Source: a virus
Lineage: Duplodnaviria > Caudoviricetes
DNA: 32,288 nt
IMG/VR virus record: IMGVR_UViG_3300032320_001782
Coordinates: 1 to 32,288 of that record
Direction: 5' to 3' (one strand)
A program made the position numbers and the translations under genes. This document shows positions 1 to 8,221 of the stretch, piece by piece. Numbering within the stretch: the first letter of the stretch is position 1; every line of letters begins with the position of its first letter. The notes beneath the pieces are model-generated. The model was given only the letters and a program-made list of their open reading frames with translations. It was not told the DNA's origin and searched no databases.

Positions 1-1
1 C

Positions 2-277
2 GACGAAGAGCGTGTCTATACTCTTGTTAATTACCTAATCCAAGGTGGAGCAGCAGAAGTATTTAAGAGCAATCTTGTTAAATTAGATCAAGCAGATCTC
101 ACTGAACACCTTATTGTTCCAGTGCACGATGAAATTGTTCTACAAGCACCTAAAGATCAAGTTGAAGAGTTCAAGAGAACTGTTCAAGAGTGTATGACCA
201 CCACCGAAGGCTGGGCAGTTCCACTAACCTCAGGCATCGATGGTCCTATGAATAACTGGGGGGAAAAGTACGCATGA
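2..277 (+). CDS. polA: DNA polymerase family A, C-terminal fragment (5' truncated by window)
   Basis: Manual translation of frame 2 gives DEERVYTLVNYLIQGGAAEVFK...LIVPVHDEIV...NWGEKYA*. It contains the NxxIQGxAA and motif C (VHDE) signatures of PolA. The stop TGA at 275-277 overlaps the next ATG. Confidence 0.92.
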   Translation, partial: DEERVYTLVNYLIQGGAAEVFKSNLVKLDQADLTEHLIVPVHDEIVLQAPKDQVEEFKRTVQECMTTTEGWAVPLTSGIDGPMNNWGEKYA

Positions 278-741
278 TTAAGTATGTCTTAGCCGTAGAT
301 CCAGGAAAAGCAACAGGTGTTGTACTTATGTCATGGAATGGGTCTGACCCAGTTCCCAATGTAATCCTTTCAAAAGAGGTTCAACCAGAGGAGTTTGCAC
401 CTACTATTGACGCACTACTAAATACTCAAGGGTCAGAAGATAGCTTTACAGTTGTATGCGAGCGTTTTACTATCAACGCTCAGACAGTACGAAACTCTCA
501 GGCTCCTTATAGCCTTGAGCAGATTGGTGTACTTAAGCATCTTTGTCGTACCAATATGTATGACCCTGAAAAGATCGTTTTCCAGTCTCCAGCAGATGCT
601 AAAAATATGTTCCCTAACCCAACCCTAAAGAAGCTCGGGACTTGGCATGTAGGCGGAGAAGGACACGCAAACGATGCGATGCGACACGCCCTACTGAGAC
701 TAGTTAAAACTGGCTGGGTTCCTAGAACTCTGCTAGACTAA
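274..741 (+). CDS. RuvC-like Holliday junction resolvase
   Basis: VLAVDPGKATG (first catalytic D), VVCERF (E) and HANDA (D) follow the RNase H/RuvC pattern. 155 aa, directly after polA. Confidence 0.8.
   Translation: MIKYVLAVDPGKATGVVLMSWNGSDPVPNVILSKEVQPEEFAPTIDALLNTQGSEDSFTVVCERFTINAQTVRNSQAPYSLEQIGVLKHLCRTNMYDPEKIVFQSPADAKNMFPNPTLKKLGTWHVGGEGHANDAMRHALLRLVKTGWVPRTLLD
734..739 (+). promoter_or_regulatory. Putative -10 element (TAGACT) for the helicase operon
   Basis: A TAnnnT hexamer at the end of the RuvC gene, ahead of an 84-nt AT-rich intergenic region. The same hexamer occurs at 7005. An alternative weak pair is TTGCAA(766)-17 nt-TTTACT(789). An SD (TAAGGAG, 809-815) precedes the helicase. 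Confidence 0.3.
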
Positions 742-825
742 AGATACTATTAGAAAACTTTTAGTTTGCAATATTTTCAGTAGTATGTTTTACTTGATGT
801 AGTGACGCTAAGGAGCAGATAACAA

Positions 826-2628
826 ATGGCAGTAACAGTAGATATAAATCCAGACAAGGACAACATCCTTATAACTGCTGACTGGCGCTTTAAAGAGCTC
901 TGTAAGAGCCTTCCAGGGGCTTCCTGGAGCCCTAAGGAGCAGGTCTGGACTGTTCCACTTAGCTGGACAACTTGCCTCGCTCTACGCTCAACTTTTAAAG
1001 AAGATCTTTTTGTTGGACCTGCTCTAACTGAGTGGGCGACCAACGAACTCAATAATAGAGTTGCTCCTGCCAATGCTCTTAGAGAGCTTGAGACCTACGA
1101 GGGCGATGAAGACCTATTCCCTCATCAGAGAGCTGGCGTAGCCTTTCTTAGCACAGCGAAGCGTGCTCTTCTAGCAGATGAACCGGGCTTAGGTAAGACT
1201 GCTCAAGCCATTCGTGCTCTTAAGAGACTTCAAGATAATGGCGAAGATGTTTTCCCTGCACTTATTGTCTGCCCTAATACTTTAAAAAAGAACTGGGCTA
1301 GAGAGTTTGAAAAGTGGTGGCCGGGAGTTAAGACTCAGGTTATTAAGGGTTCTGCAGTTCAACGCAAGAAGCAATTTGCTAATGAAGAAGCGCAAGTATT
1401 TATTATTAACTGGGAATCACTTCGCTCACACTCACGTCTTTCAGGCTACGGCTCTATTGCTTTAGTTAAGTGTGTTGATATGGGTGGTCAAGACCCAAGC
1501 GTTACAGAGACTCGTTGTGAAGTCCACCCTCGTGAATTAAATATGATTGATTTTAAGGCAGTAGTTGCTGACGAAATCCACCGCTCTAAAGAGCCAAAGT
1601 CTAAGCAGACTCGTGCTCTTTGGGCTGCAACTGGAGACGCTCCTATTCGCTTTGCACTTACTGGTACTCCGATTGCTAAAGATGTTGTTGACCTATGGTC
1701 GATCCTTCATTGGCTATCTCCTATCGATTGGCCATCAAAGACAAAGTGGATTGATCGAATGATTGACATCATGCTTAATGCTTTTGGTGGAATGATGGTT
1801 ATTGGTGTTAAGCCACATATGGAAGACGAGTTTCATAAGAGCGTAAACCCTGTAATGCGTCGTATGCTTAAGAAGGTAGTTCTTCCTTGGCTACCACCTG
1901 TAATGAATGAGCGTCGTGATGTTGAGATGTCAACTAAGCAGAAAAAAGCTTATGACCAGATGCGTGACACAATGATTGCCGAGTTAGAGAGTGGAGATGC
2001 AGTTACTGCTCCATCTATCTTAACTCAGACAACACGCTTGCTTCAGTTTGCTAGTTCTTATGCGACTATGGAAGTTGACGAGTCAACAGGGGAAATGAAG
2101 ACGGTTCTTGCTGGACCATCTTGTAAGGTGGACTCGCTTATGGATGACATCAAGAATGGTGACTTCGGGGATGACTCCGTTGCTGTCTGTGCAGTATCAC
2201 GTCAGCTAATTGATCTTCTTAGTGCAGAGCTTACTAAGGCTGGAATTAAGCACGGATTGATTACTGGCGCTCAAAACGAAGACGAGCGACAAAGAGCAGT
2301 AGACGATTTTCAAGCAGGAAATATTAAATGGGTTCTCTTTACCGCTCAGGCAGGTGGTGTAGGTATCACGTTGACCGCTGCTCGCCGTCTTGTTATGCTA
2401 CAGCGACCTTGGTCATTAGTTGATCATCGTCAGGCTCTAGACCGTGTGCACCGTATTGGTAGCGAAATCCACGACTCTATCTTGATTATGGATTATGTAA
2501 CAGAGGGAACTATTGAAGAAAGAGTTTTACAAGTATTGGAAACAAAGTCAGACAATTTCGAACAGATTGTTCGAGACAAAGATCAACTGATGAAGTTGCT
2601 CAAAGATGATAAGGCAGGTGTTCTATGA
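826..2628 (+). CDS. SNF2-family (SF2) DNA helicase/ATPase
   Basis: Walker A LADEPGLGKT, motif Ia IVCP, DEIH box, ALTGTP, motif V GGVGITLT and motif VI QALDRVHRIG. Confidence 0.93.
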   Translation: MAVTVDINPDKDNILITADWRFKELCKSLPGASWSPKEQVWTVPLSWTTCLALRSTFKEDLFVGPALTEWATNELNNRVAPANALRELETYEGDEDLFPHQRAGVAFLSTAKRALLADEPGLGKTAQAIRALKRLQDNGEDVFPALIVCPNTLKKNWAREFEKWWPGVKTQVIKGSAVQRKKQFANEEAQVFIINWESLRSHSRLSGYGSIALVKCVDMGGQDPSVTETRCEVHPRELNMIDFKAVVADEIHRSKEPKSKQTRALWAATGDAPIRFALTGTPIAKDVVDLWSILHWLSPIDWPSKTKWIDRMIDIMLNAFGGMMVIGVKPHMEDEFHKSVNPVMRRMLKKVVLPWLPPVMNERRDVEMSTKQKKAYDQMRDTMIAELESGDAVTAPSILTQTTRLLQFASSYATMEVDESTGEMKTVLAGPSCKVDSLMDDIKNGDFGDDSVAVCAVSRQLIDLLSAELTKAGIKHGLITGAQNEDERQRAVDDFQAGNIKWVLFTAQAGGVGITLTAARRLVMLQRPWSLVDHRQALDRVHRIGSEIHDSILIMDYVTEGTIEERVLQVLETKSDNFEQIVRDKDQLMKLLKDDKAGVL

Positions 2629-3551
2629 GTGGTGTAGTAAGACTATCTAACTCAGAACTACAGACATTTAAAGATTGCCGCCGCAAGTGGTGGCTTGCTT
2701 ACTATCGCCGTCTACAACCAAAGTTTCGTGATAAGACTGGTGCTCTAGCTTTTGGTAGCCGTATCCACGCAGCACTAGATGATCATTATGCAAATGGAAC
2801 TCCACTTCTTGAAGCCCACTCAAAACTTGTTATTGCTGATAAAGAGATTCTTCTTGCAGAATTTTTAGATGTATCTAACCTTGAAGCAGAAGCAGAAATG
2901 GGTCGCATCATGCTTGAAGGGTATGAAGAATGGGTTTCAGAAGAGGGAATTGATGCAGAGCTTGAGATGATTTCTACAGAAGAAACAATTATTGCTCCGT
3001 TGTTTAACGGAGAGGTTGAATTACAGGGAAAGCTTGATATGCGTGTTCGTCGTAAGGTTGATGGCGTTCGTATGTTCCGTGACTTTAAAACTGTTGGTGG
3101 TTCTCTAGGAGATTTTGGAAACCTTGCTCATATGAACGAGCAGGTTATGACCTACATGCTTCTTGAAGCTACAAAAGCTGACGAAGAGCATCGCTCAGAT
3201 GGTGGACTGTTTACGCTTCTTAAAAAGGTAAAGCGCACAGCGACTGCTCGTCCGCCTTTCTACGATCAAGTAGAAGTCCATCACAATGTGTTTACAATGC
3301 GTTCTTTCTGGAATAGAATCCACGGAACCATTACCGATCTTATGAATGTTCGTAGAGCTTTAGATACAGGTTCTGATCATTCATTTGTTGCATATCCGAC
3401 ACCAAGTCGTGATTGCAAGTGGAAGTGCCAATTTTTCGCTATATGCCCAATGTTCGACGACGGAAGCGCTGCCGAACAAGCACTTAGCGATTCGTATGAG
3501 GAAGCAGATCCTTATGCGTACTATGAAACCGACAAAAAAGGAAGTGAGTGA
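2625..3551 (+). CDS. PD-(D/E)XK exonuclease, Cas4/AddB-like with putative Fe-S cluster
   Basis: LSNSEL...C-RRKW, GSRIH, GKLD...DFKT nuclease motifs and a C-terminal CKWKCQFFAIC give the 1+3 Cys arrangement of this family. Confidence 0.85.
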   Translation: MSGVVRLSNSELQTFKDCRRKWWLAYYRRLQPKFRDKTGALAFGSRIHAALDDHYANGTPLLEAHSKLVIADKEILLAEFLDVSNLEAEAEMGRIMLEGYEEWVSEEGIDAELEMISTEETIIAPLFNGEVELQGKLDMRVRRKVDGVRMFRDFKTVGGSLGDFGNLAHMNEQVMTYMLLEATKADEEHRSDGGLFTLLKKVKRTATARPPFYDQVEVHHNVFTMRSFWNRIHGTITDLMNVRRALDTGSDHSFVAYPTPSRDCKWKCQFFAICPMFDDGSAAEQALSDSYEEADPYAYYETDKKGSE

Positions 3552-3554
3552 CGT

Positions 3555-4343
3555 ATGAGCGATATTCAACGTTCTCTTACCGTTATGGTGTATGGGGAAA
3601 GTAAGGTTGGTAAATCCAGTCTTGCTGTTACAGCACCGTATCCACGCCTAATGCTCGATGTTGAGGGTGGACACCGCTTCCTCCCGATCATCGTAAAGTA
3701 TTGGGATCCTCTTCGTGAGGAGCCGCCAGTGGCTGATGGGACTTGGGATACATGTGTAGTCACAGTGCGTGACTATGACACTGTTCTTAAGACATATCAG
3801 TGGCTACAACTAGGTAAGCATCAATTCAAGAGTCTTATTATTGACTCTGTATCTGAACTCCAAGTTAAGTGCTTGGAGAACATTGCAGGTGTCAATCAGA
3901 TGACTCAACAACAATGGGGAGAGCTTCTTCGCCATATGGGTGGTCTCTTGCGCGACCTGCGTGATCTAACAATGCATGCAACAAATCCATTAGAAGCAGT
4001 AGTTCTAACTGCAATGGCTCGTCTTGATAAGGATGGTCGTTATCGTCCATACCTACAAGGTCAGCTTGCAATTCAAGCTCCTTACTTCTACGACATTCTG
4101 GGTGCGATTACCGTTGAGGAACGTCACAATCCAGATCCAACACAACCTCCATTCAAAGTTCGTCGTATGTATGTTGAACGCACAAATCAGCATGAAGCTG
4201 GTGAGCGTGTACAAGGACGTCTTGGAAAGGTAGTTGAGCAAGAAAACCTCTCTATCGAAAGAATGTTAGACATTGTTTTCGGACAGAGACAAGCAGCAGC
4301 AGCGGCCGCAGCAGCTGAAACAACAATACAGAAAGAAGGATAA
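3555..4343 (+). CDS. Sak4-like AAA_24 ATPase (single-strand annealing recombinase)
   Basis: Walker A YGESKVGKSS, LDVEGG and Walker B IIDSVSE. It sits between the exonuclease and SSB, as is typical for Sak4 modules. Confidence 0.8.
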   Translation: MSDIQRSLTVMVYGESKVGKSSLAVTAPYPRLMLDVEGGHRFLPIIVKYWDPLREEPPVADGTWDTCVVTVRDYDTVLKTYQWLQLGKHQFKSLIIDSVSELQVKCLENIAGVNQMTQQQWGELLRHMGGLLRDLRDLTMHATNPLEAVVLTAMARLDKDGRYRPYLQGQLAIQAPYFYDILGAITVEERHNPDPTQPPFKVRRMYVERTNQHEAGERVQGRLGKVVEQENLSIERMLDIVFGQRQAAAAAAAAETTIQKEG

Positions 4344-4346
4344 TAA

Positions 4347-4910
4347 GTGAGCAGTAAAAACTGGTCTGACTTAATTAAGGATGCTGGTGAAACTGGCAGT
4401 TACGAACCGCTACCAGATGGTGATTATGATCTAGTAGTGGTAGAAGCAACTGCGACAACATCGCAGTCTGGAAAGACAATGTTCAAGCTAAAGACACAGG
4501 TTGAGGGCGGAGCTCATAACAAGCGTCTTGTATGGGATAACTTGGTTGTAACACCAGAAAGTCCTGCAGCACTTGGTATGTTGTTCAAGAAGTTCCACGC
4601 AATGGGAATTGGTCGTGGATATTTTGACACAAACCCAACTAACGCACAGATTGAGGCAACACTCACTGGTCGTAGATTCCGTGCACAGATTGGTAGTCGT
4701 ATGTATAACGGAGCCAAGAAGAACGAAATTCGCAACTACTTCCCAAGCGCAGCAACTATTGCAGCAATGCAAGGCGATACTGCAGCTCCTGCTCAGGCAG
4801 CAGCACCAGCTCCAGCATCTCCACCTCCAGCAGCAGCACCAGCTCCTGCTCCAGCACCAGTAGCAGCAGCACCAGCTCCTGCTCCAGCAGCACCGTCTGC
4901 ACCGTTCTAA
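4347..4910 (+). CDS. DUF669-type single-stranded DNA-binding protein
   Basis: YEPLPDGDYD...TSQSGKTM...RLVWDNL signature and a long Pro/Ala tail ending in PF. GTG start with SD AAGAAGGA. Confidence 0.8.
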   Translation: MSSKNWSDLIKDAGETGSYEPLPDGDYDLVVVEATATTSQSGKTMFKLKTQVEGGAHNKRLVWDNLVVTPESPAALGMLFKKFHAMGIGRGYFDTNPTNAQIEATLTGRRFRAQIGSRMYNGAKKNEIRNYFPSAATIAAMQGDTAAPAQAAAPAPASPPPAAAPAPAPAPVAAAPAPAPAAPSAPF

Positions 4911-4916
4911 TAAAGT

Positions 4917-4956
4917 TTGTTGGGGGGCTGCTCAAGACAGGGCAGCCTCCTAATAA
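4917..4956 (+). terminator. Strong hairpin after the SSB gene (terminator without U-tract, or processing site)
   Basis: TTGTTGGGGGGCTGCTC-AAGACA-GGGCAGCCTCCTAATAA forms a stem of about 17 bp including G-U pairs. No poly-U follows. Confidence 0.65.
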
Positions 4957-4971
4957 CTAATAAGGAGAGAA

Positions 4972-6000
4972 ATGAAAGTATTAGTTACAGGATTTACAGC
5001 ATCTCAGTGTTCCGAGAATGCTAATAATCGCCTGTCTACTTTTACTGGATTATTTAAAAATGCTTTAGATGAGCTTCAGTGCAATGTAACTTGGGAAAAA
5101 CCACAGCTCTACATGAGCAAAGAATATTTAGATCAATATGACTTAATTGTAGTTGGTCTTGCTTCTCCCCATAGCGTTTCAGCAAATTATGTATATGCTG
5201 GCCTTTGGGTAGCTAGTCAAGCAAGAGATCTAGGGAAGTTAAGACTGCTAATTGATGCACCAGACCCTTACTGGATTTGGTCTGGAATTAGAGATTGTAA
5301 TGATAATCCACAAAAACTTTTTAAATCTTTTTATGATAAAAGACATAATTACTTTGAAGCTCAAGATAGTAAGTATGCGGAGCCTATATATCGATTTATT
5401 CAACACCTTTTCACCGAGCAATGGGGTAAAACTATTGTCCCGAGCATGCCGTGGTTTTCTAAAGAAGTTGTATCCAACTCCATTAAGAACCTACATATTG
5501 AAGATGTTGTAGGTATCTGCTACGACAGAGATCTTATTGATGCCTCTATAGATCGTATAGAGCCTTCTTATGGTACTTATTGGTGTGCTGATGCACCTAA
5601 AAGCGAGTGGACTAAGAAAATTATAAAAAGCCTTACTTCAGAAGTATTACCAGTAAGGCTTCATAAGTATGATAAAAGCAGTGAAGTTTTAAATCGCATA
5701 GAGAACTCTATGGGAACTTTGATTAGTACATATAAAAATAACGACCCTTGGTGGTCTATAGCGATATCTCAATCAATTGCGGTTGGAGTCCCTGTAGTTA
5801 CTGATTGGCGTCATACATCTTGGGTAGGAGCAGAATGGGCGTTTTTACCTTCAACAGTGGAAGAGATGAGCCCGAGTCAGCGGCTTATCGTGGCACAAAG
5901 TCAGAAAGATTTTTACAGAGATGCCACTCCCTCACGGGAGGAATCTTTGCAAAAAACAGCAGAAGCACTGGACAACCAGAGCTTGCTGTCAGTAATCTAG
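4972..6000 (+). CDS. GT-B fold glycosyltransferase-like protein resembling T4 DNA beta-glucosyltransferase
   Basis: 342 aa. MKVLVTG start, QYDLIVVG, RLLID and EVLNRIENSMGTLI...WWSIAISQSIAVGVPVVTD resemble the GT-B C-terminal donor-binding region. Comparison is by eye against the remembered T4 BGT sequence. Confidence 0.5.
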   Translation: MKVLVTGFTASQCSENANNRLSTFTGLFKNALDELQCNVTWEKPQLYMSKEYLDQYDLIVVGLASPHSVSANYVYAGLWVASQARDLGKLRLLIDAPDPYWIWSGIRDCNDNPQKLFKSFYDKRHNYFEAQDSKYAEPIYRFIQHLFTEQWGKTIVPSMPWFSKEVVSNSIKNLHIEDVVGICYDRDLIDASIDRIEPSYGTYWCADAPKSEWTKKIIKSLTSEVLPVRLHKYDKSSEVLNRIENSMGTLISTYKNNDPWWSIAISQSIAVGVPVVTDWRHTSWVGAEWAFLPSTVEEMSPSQRLIVAQSQKDFYRDATPSREESLQKTAEALDNQSLLSVI

Positions 6001-6026
6001 GCACATCTGTCAGAAAGGACATTAAG

Positions 6027-6467
6027 ATGCCAGAAGTAGATATGAACTGGGTTAAACAACAACTCACAGATAATAAAACTAAAAGGGTGGTTGGTGATTC
6101 TGTCATCAAGCTTCTCAACGCTTGGACCGAGATTAAAAATACAGACCCAGATCCAGATAAGGATCAAGCAAATCTTAGTCAAGTAGTTGAGCTATTTAGC
6201 AAGATTGCTCTTGGCCATGCAATTGTAAAAGAAAATAAAAATGAAAATTGGACTCCAGCCCAGTCTGGGCAACTAGTTGTTGCCGATGAAGTTCGAGTCA
6301 AGTGGAATGCCTTCGATGGTGAAAAAGGTAAAATCCATAATGGTCGCCGTGGAAAAATTGTAAGTATTCGATACGGTGACATTATTGTAAAAACAACAGA
6401 CGGTAAGGAACCATTACTAGACGGGTTCCACTATACTCCACAACAACTAGAGAAAAGAGTTCCATAA
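6027..6467 (+). CDS. Hypothetical protein with C-terminal KOW/SH3-like segment
   Basis: Start moved to ATG 6027 (SD GAAAGGA, no overlap with the previous gene). DEVRVK...NGRRGKIVSIRYGDIIV is KOW-like. Confidence 0.7.
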   Translation: MPEVDMNWVKQQLTDNKTKRVVGDSVIKLLNAWTEIKNTDPDPDKDQANLSQVVELFSKIALGHAIVKENKNENWTPAQSGQLVVADEVRVKWNAFDGEKGKIHNGRRGKIVSIRYGDIIVKTTDGKEPLLDGFHYTPQQLEKRVP

Positions 6468-6688
6468 TGAAAACTGTTCAGGTAAAGTCTTTAGTAAGCT
6501 CGACGAATTATAAAGGTCTTGTTTTTGAGGCAGAAAAAAAGCTTTCTAATTTTTTTGAAATTGAATTAGAAGAAATTAAAGACAAGCTCAATTATGAAAT
6601 AATAGTATACGAAAGCTCTAATGATGGAACCACTCTTCCAATTTTCACTGGAGAGGTTTCTGCCAGATTGAGAAATACGCATGACTAA
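6467..6688 (+). CDS. Hypothetical protein (73 aa)
   Basis: TAATG coupling to the upstream gene and a short overlap with the downstream gene. Confidence 0.7.
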   Translation: MKTVQVKSLVSSTNYKGLVFEAEKKLSNFFEIELEEIKDKLNYEIIVYESSNDGTTLPIFTGEVSARLRNTHD

Positions 6689-7001
6689 TGAAAATGAATA
6701 CCTTAAACAGGTTACAGATACACCGTACCGTGTAGAAGCTCTTAGGGAAGCAGCTAAGATCACTACTCAAGATAGAAATGCAAATTATGGTGGCCCAGAA
6801 GAGAATTTCACAAGGACAGCTAAGATTTGGTCAGTCATTCTCGGACACGAAATCACCAATGAGCAGGTAGCAATGATGATGGTTGGTCTTAAGATGGCAC
6901 GATTTGCTCATGGGTCGGGATTCCAACCAGATACTTGGATTGATATTGCAGGTTATGCTGGATGCGGCTATGAAGTAGGGAAGATTGCTTCCGAACAATA
7001 A
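6681..7001 (+). CDS. DUF6378-family protein (phage, nucleotide-metabolism-associated)
   Basis: EAAKI...DRNANYGGPEENF..TAKIWS...VAMMMVGLKMAR...DTWIDIAGYAGC matches the family pattern. Confidence 0.8.
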   Translation: MTNENEYLKQVTDTPYRVEALREAAKITTQDRNANYGGPEENFTRTAKIWSVILGHEITNEQVAMMMVGLKMARFAHGSGFQPDTWIDIAGYAGCGYEVGKIASEQ

Positions 7002-7004
7002 GAG

Positions 7005-7010
7005 TAGACT
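7005..7010 (+). promoter_or_regulatory. Putative -10 element TAGACT
   Basis: TAnnnT right after the DUF6378 stop, upstream of SD GTAGGA and ATG 7044. No properly spaced -35 was found. Confidence 0.35.
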
Positions 7011-7043
7011 AGAGCCTTACAGATCTACTTGAAGGTAGGAAAA

Positions 7044-7343
7044 ATGGCCGCAGAGCCCGTCATAAGCCCTATGCCAGTATGCGAGTCATGCTGGCTAGAA
7101 AACCACACAAAGTGGGAGCCTGAAAGCGTAGATGAAAAAGGTAAAATCCTTATGCGTCTTAAAGGGGTAGATGTTCCCGAAAAAGTAAATAGTGGCTCTG
7201 TTGAGGTTTGTGTTATGTGTGGGAACATAACAGTTGCAGGGATATTTGAATTAAAACTTACAGATGAAGTGTATTTTATAAAAGAGCTCTTCCAAGAAAC
7301 CTTTGAGGTACCTCTAGATACTACGGAAGAAGATCCAAACTAA
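7044..7343 (+). CDS. Hypothetical Zn-finger protein (CxxC...CxxC)
   Basis: VCESCW and CVMCG. Start set at ATG 7044, behind AGGTAGGA. Confidence 0.7.
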   Translation: MAAEPVISPMPVCESCWLENHTKWEPESVDEKGKILMRLKGVDVPEKVNSGSVEVCVMCGNITVAGIFELKLTDEVYFIKELFQETFEVPLDTTEEDPN

Positions 7344-7353
7344 GGAGTCACAG

Positions 7354-7689
7354 ATTAAAGACGAAAGACATGGTCAACATCTCTGGTCGGAGTGGGGTGG
7401 AAGTGGCTACAGTGAACAGCTCACAGCTTCGACTGTTTACTATACTTTTGACCATGTTGATTTAGAAAATGACTTAGTAAGGAGAGCTCTTGCTTCGGCT
7501 TTGCAGAGAGACGGTGTCGCAGTTTCATTAGGTGATGGATTTAATATGATAGATAAAGCAACCCCAATACATGGATGGTCTGGGCTCATTGAAGAAGAGT
7601 TAGATTTCACTGTCTGCGATGACTCTGGGGAAACAGAGTATGGGGATTTTGTAGGGGCAGCACTCGCAACTACATGGATAGAAATATAG
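7354..7689 (+). CDS. Hypothetical protein (111 aa), probable ATT start codon
   Basis: The frame is open from 7318 to 7689 with no ATG/GTG/TTG before 7501. A strong SD TAAGGAG (7341-7347) lies 6 nt before ATT 7354. Translation is IKDERHGQHLWSEWGGSGY... Confidence 0.7.
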   Translation: MKDERHGQHLWSEWGGSGYSEQLTASTVYYTFDHVDLENDLVRRALASALQRDGVAVSLGDGFNMIDKATPIHGWSGLIEEELDFTVCDDSGETEYGDFVGAALATTWIEI

Positions 7690-7740
7690 TAGATAGTATA
7701 TAGTAGAGCGTTTTTATAGTAGATAGTCTAAACTAGTCTA
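7685..7740 (+). promoter_or_regulatory. whiB upstream region: direct repeats and leaderless -10
   Basis: TATAGTAGATAGT at 7685 and 7715, with a partial TATAGTAGA at 7699. TAGTCTA occurs at 7724 and 7734. A -10 TAAACT (7729-7734) lies 7 nt before the ATG, and there is no SD. Confidence 0.55.
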
Positions 7741-7741
7741 C

Positions 7742-8221
7742 ATGTGGAAACCAGCAGATAACCTAGAGTGGCAAAAAGACGCTTTATGCGCCGATCCTAA
7801 AAATAAAGAGTCTGTTGATTGGTTCTTCTCTACCGATTCATCAAAAAAATATGCAGCTAAAAATATGTGCTTTGAGTGCCCAGTTAGAGCGCAGTGTCTT
7901 CAATGGGCTCTAGAGCATCGTCAGATTTGGGGCATCTGGGGAGGAAGAGATGAAGTTGACATCCGTAGAACTCTTTCCGTATCCTACAATGGTGAAGAAA
8001 CAAAAAGAAGAAGAGTACCTAATTGTCCATATTGTACTGCTCGTCCTTCTAAGCTTGATACTTCTATAGAAGAGCTACCAAACGGTGGTAGATGGACGAC
8101 AGCAAAGATTGTTACTTGCACGGAATGTAATTTTTCTTGGAGAAGTCGTACAAGTGCAAATGCTATAGAGTCTTATAAAGAAGAAAAAATACAAAAAACT
8201 AAGTCAAATAAAAAGAAATAG
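7742..8221 (+). CDS. whiB: WhiB-family Fe-S transcription factor with C-terminal Zn-ribbon
   Basis: W..DALC...WFF...AKNMCFECPVRAQCLQWAL...WGIWGG gives the four Cys and the G[VI]WGG turn. An extra CPYC...CTEC follows. Confidence 0.92.
   Translation: MWKPADNLEWQKDALCADPKNKESVDWFFSTDSSKKYAAKNMCFECPVRAQCLQWALEHRQIWGIWGGRDEVDIRRTLSVSYNGEETKRRRVPNCPYCTARPSKLDTSIEELPNGGRWTTAKIVTCTECNFSWRSRTSANAIESYKEEKIQKTKSNKKK

Noticed and set aside
2625-3551. Cas4-like gene as evidence of a CRISPR system
   Set aside because: There are no other cas genes and no repeat-spacer array. Solo Cas4-like nucleases are normal in phage recombination modules.
777-4863. Short alternative-frame or antisense ORFs within the replication genes
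   Set aside because: They are nested in well-supported genes and show no recognisable motifs.
5805-6026. N-terminal extension of the 5805-6467 ORF
   Set aside because: It overlaps the upstream gene by 196 nt. ATG 6027 has an SD and no overlap.
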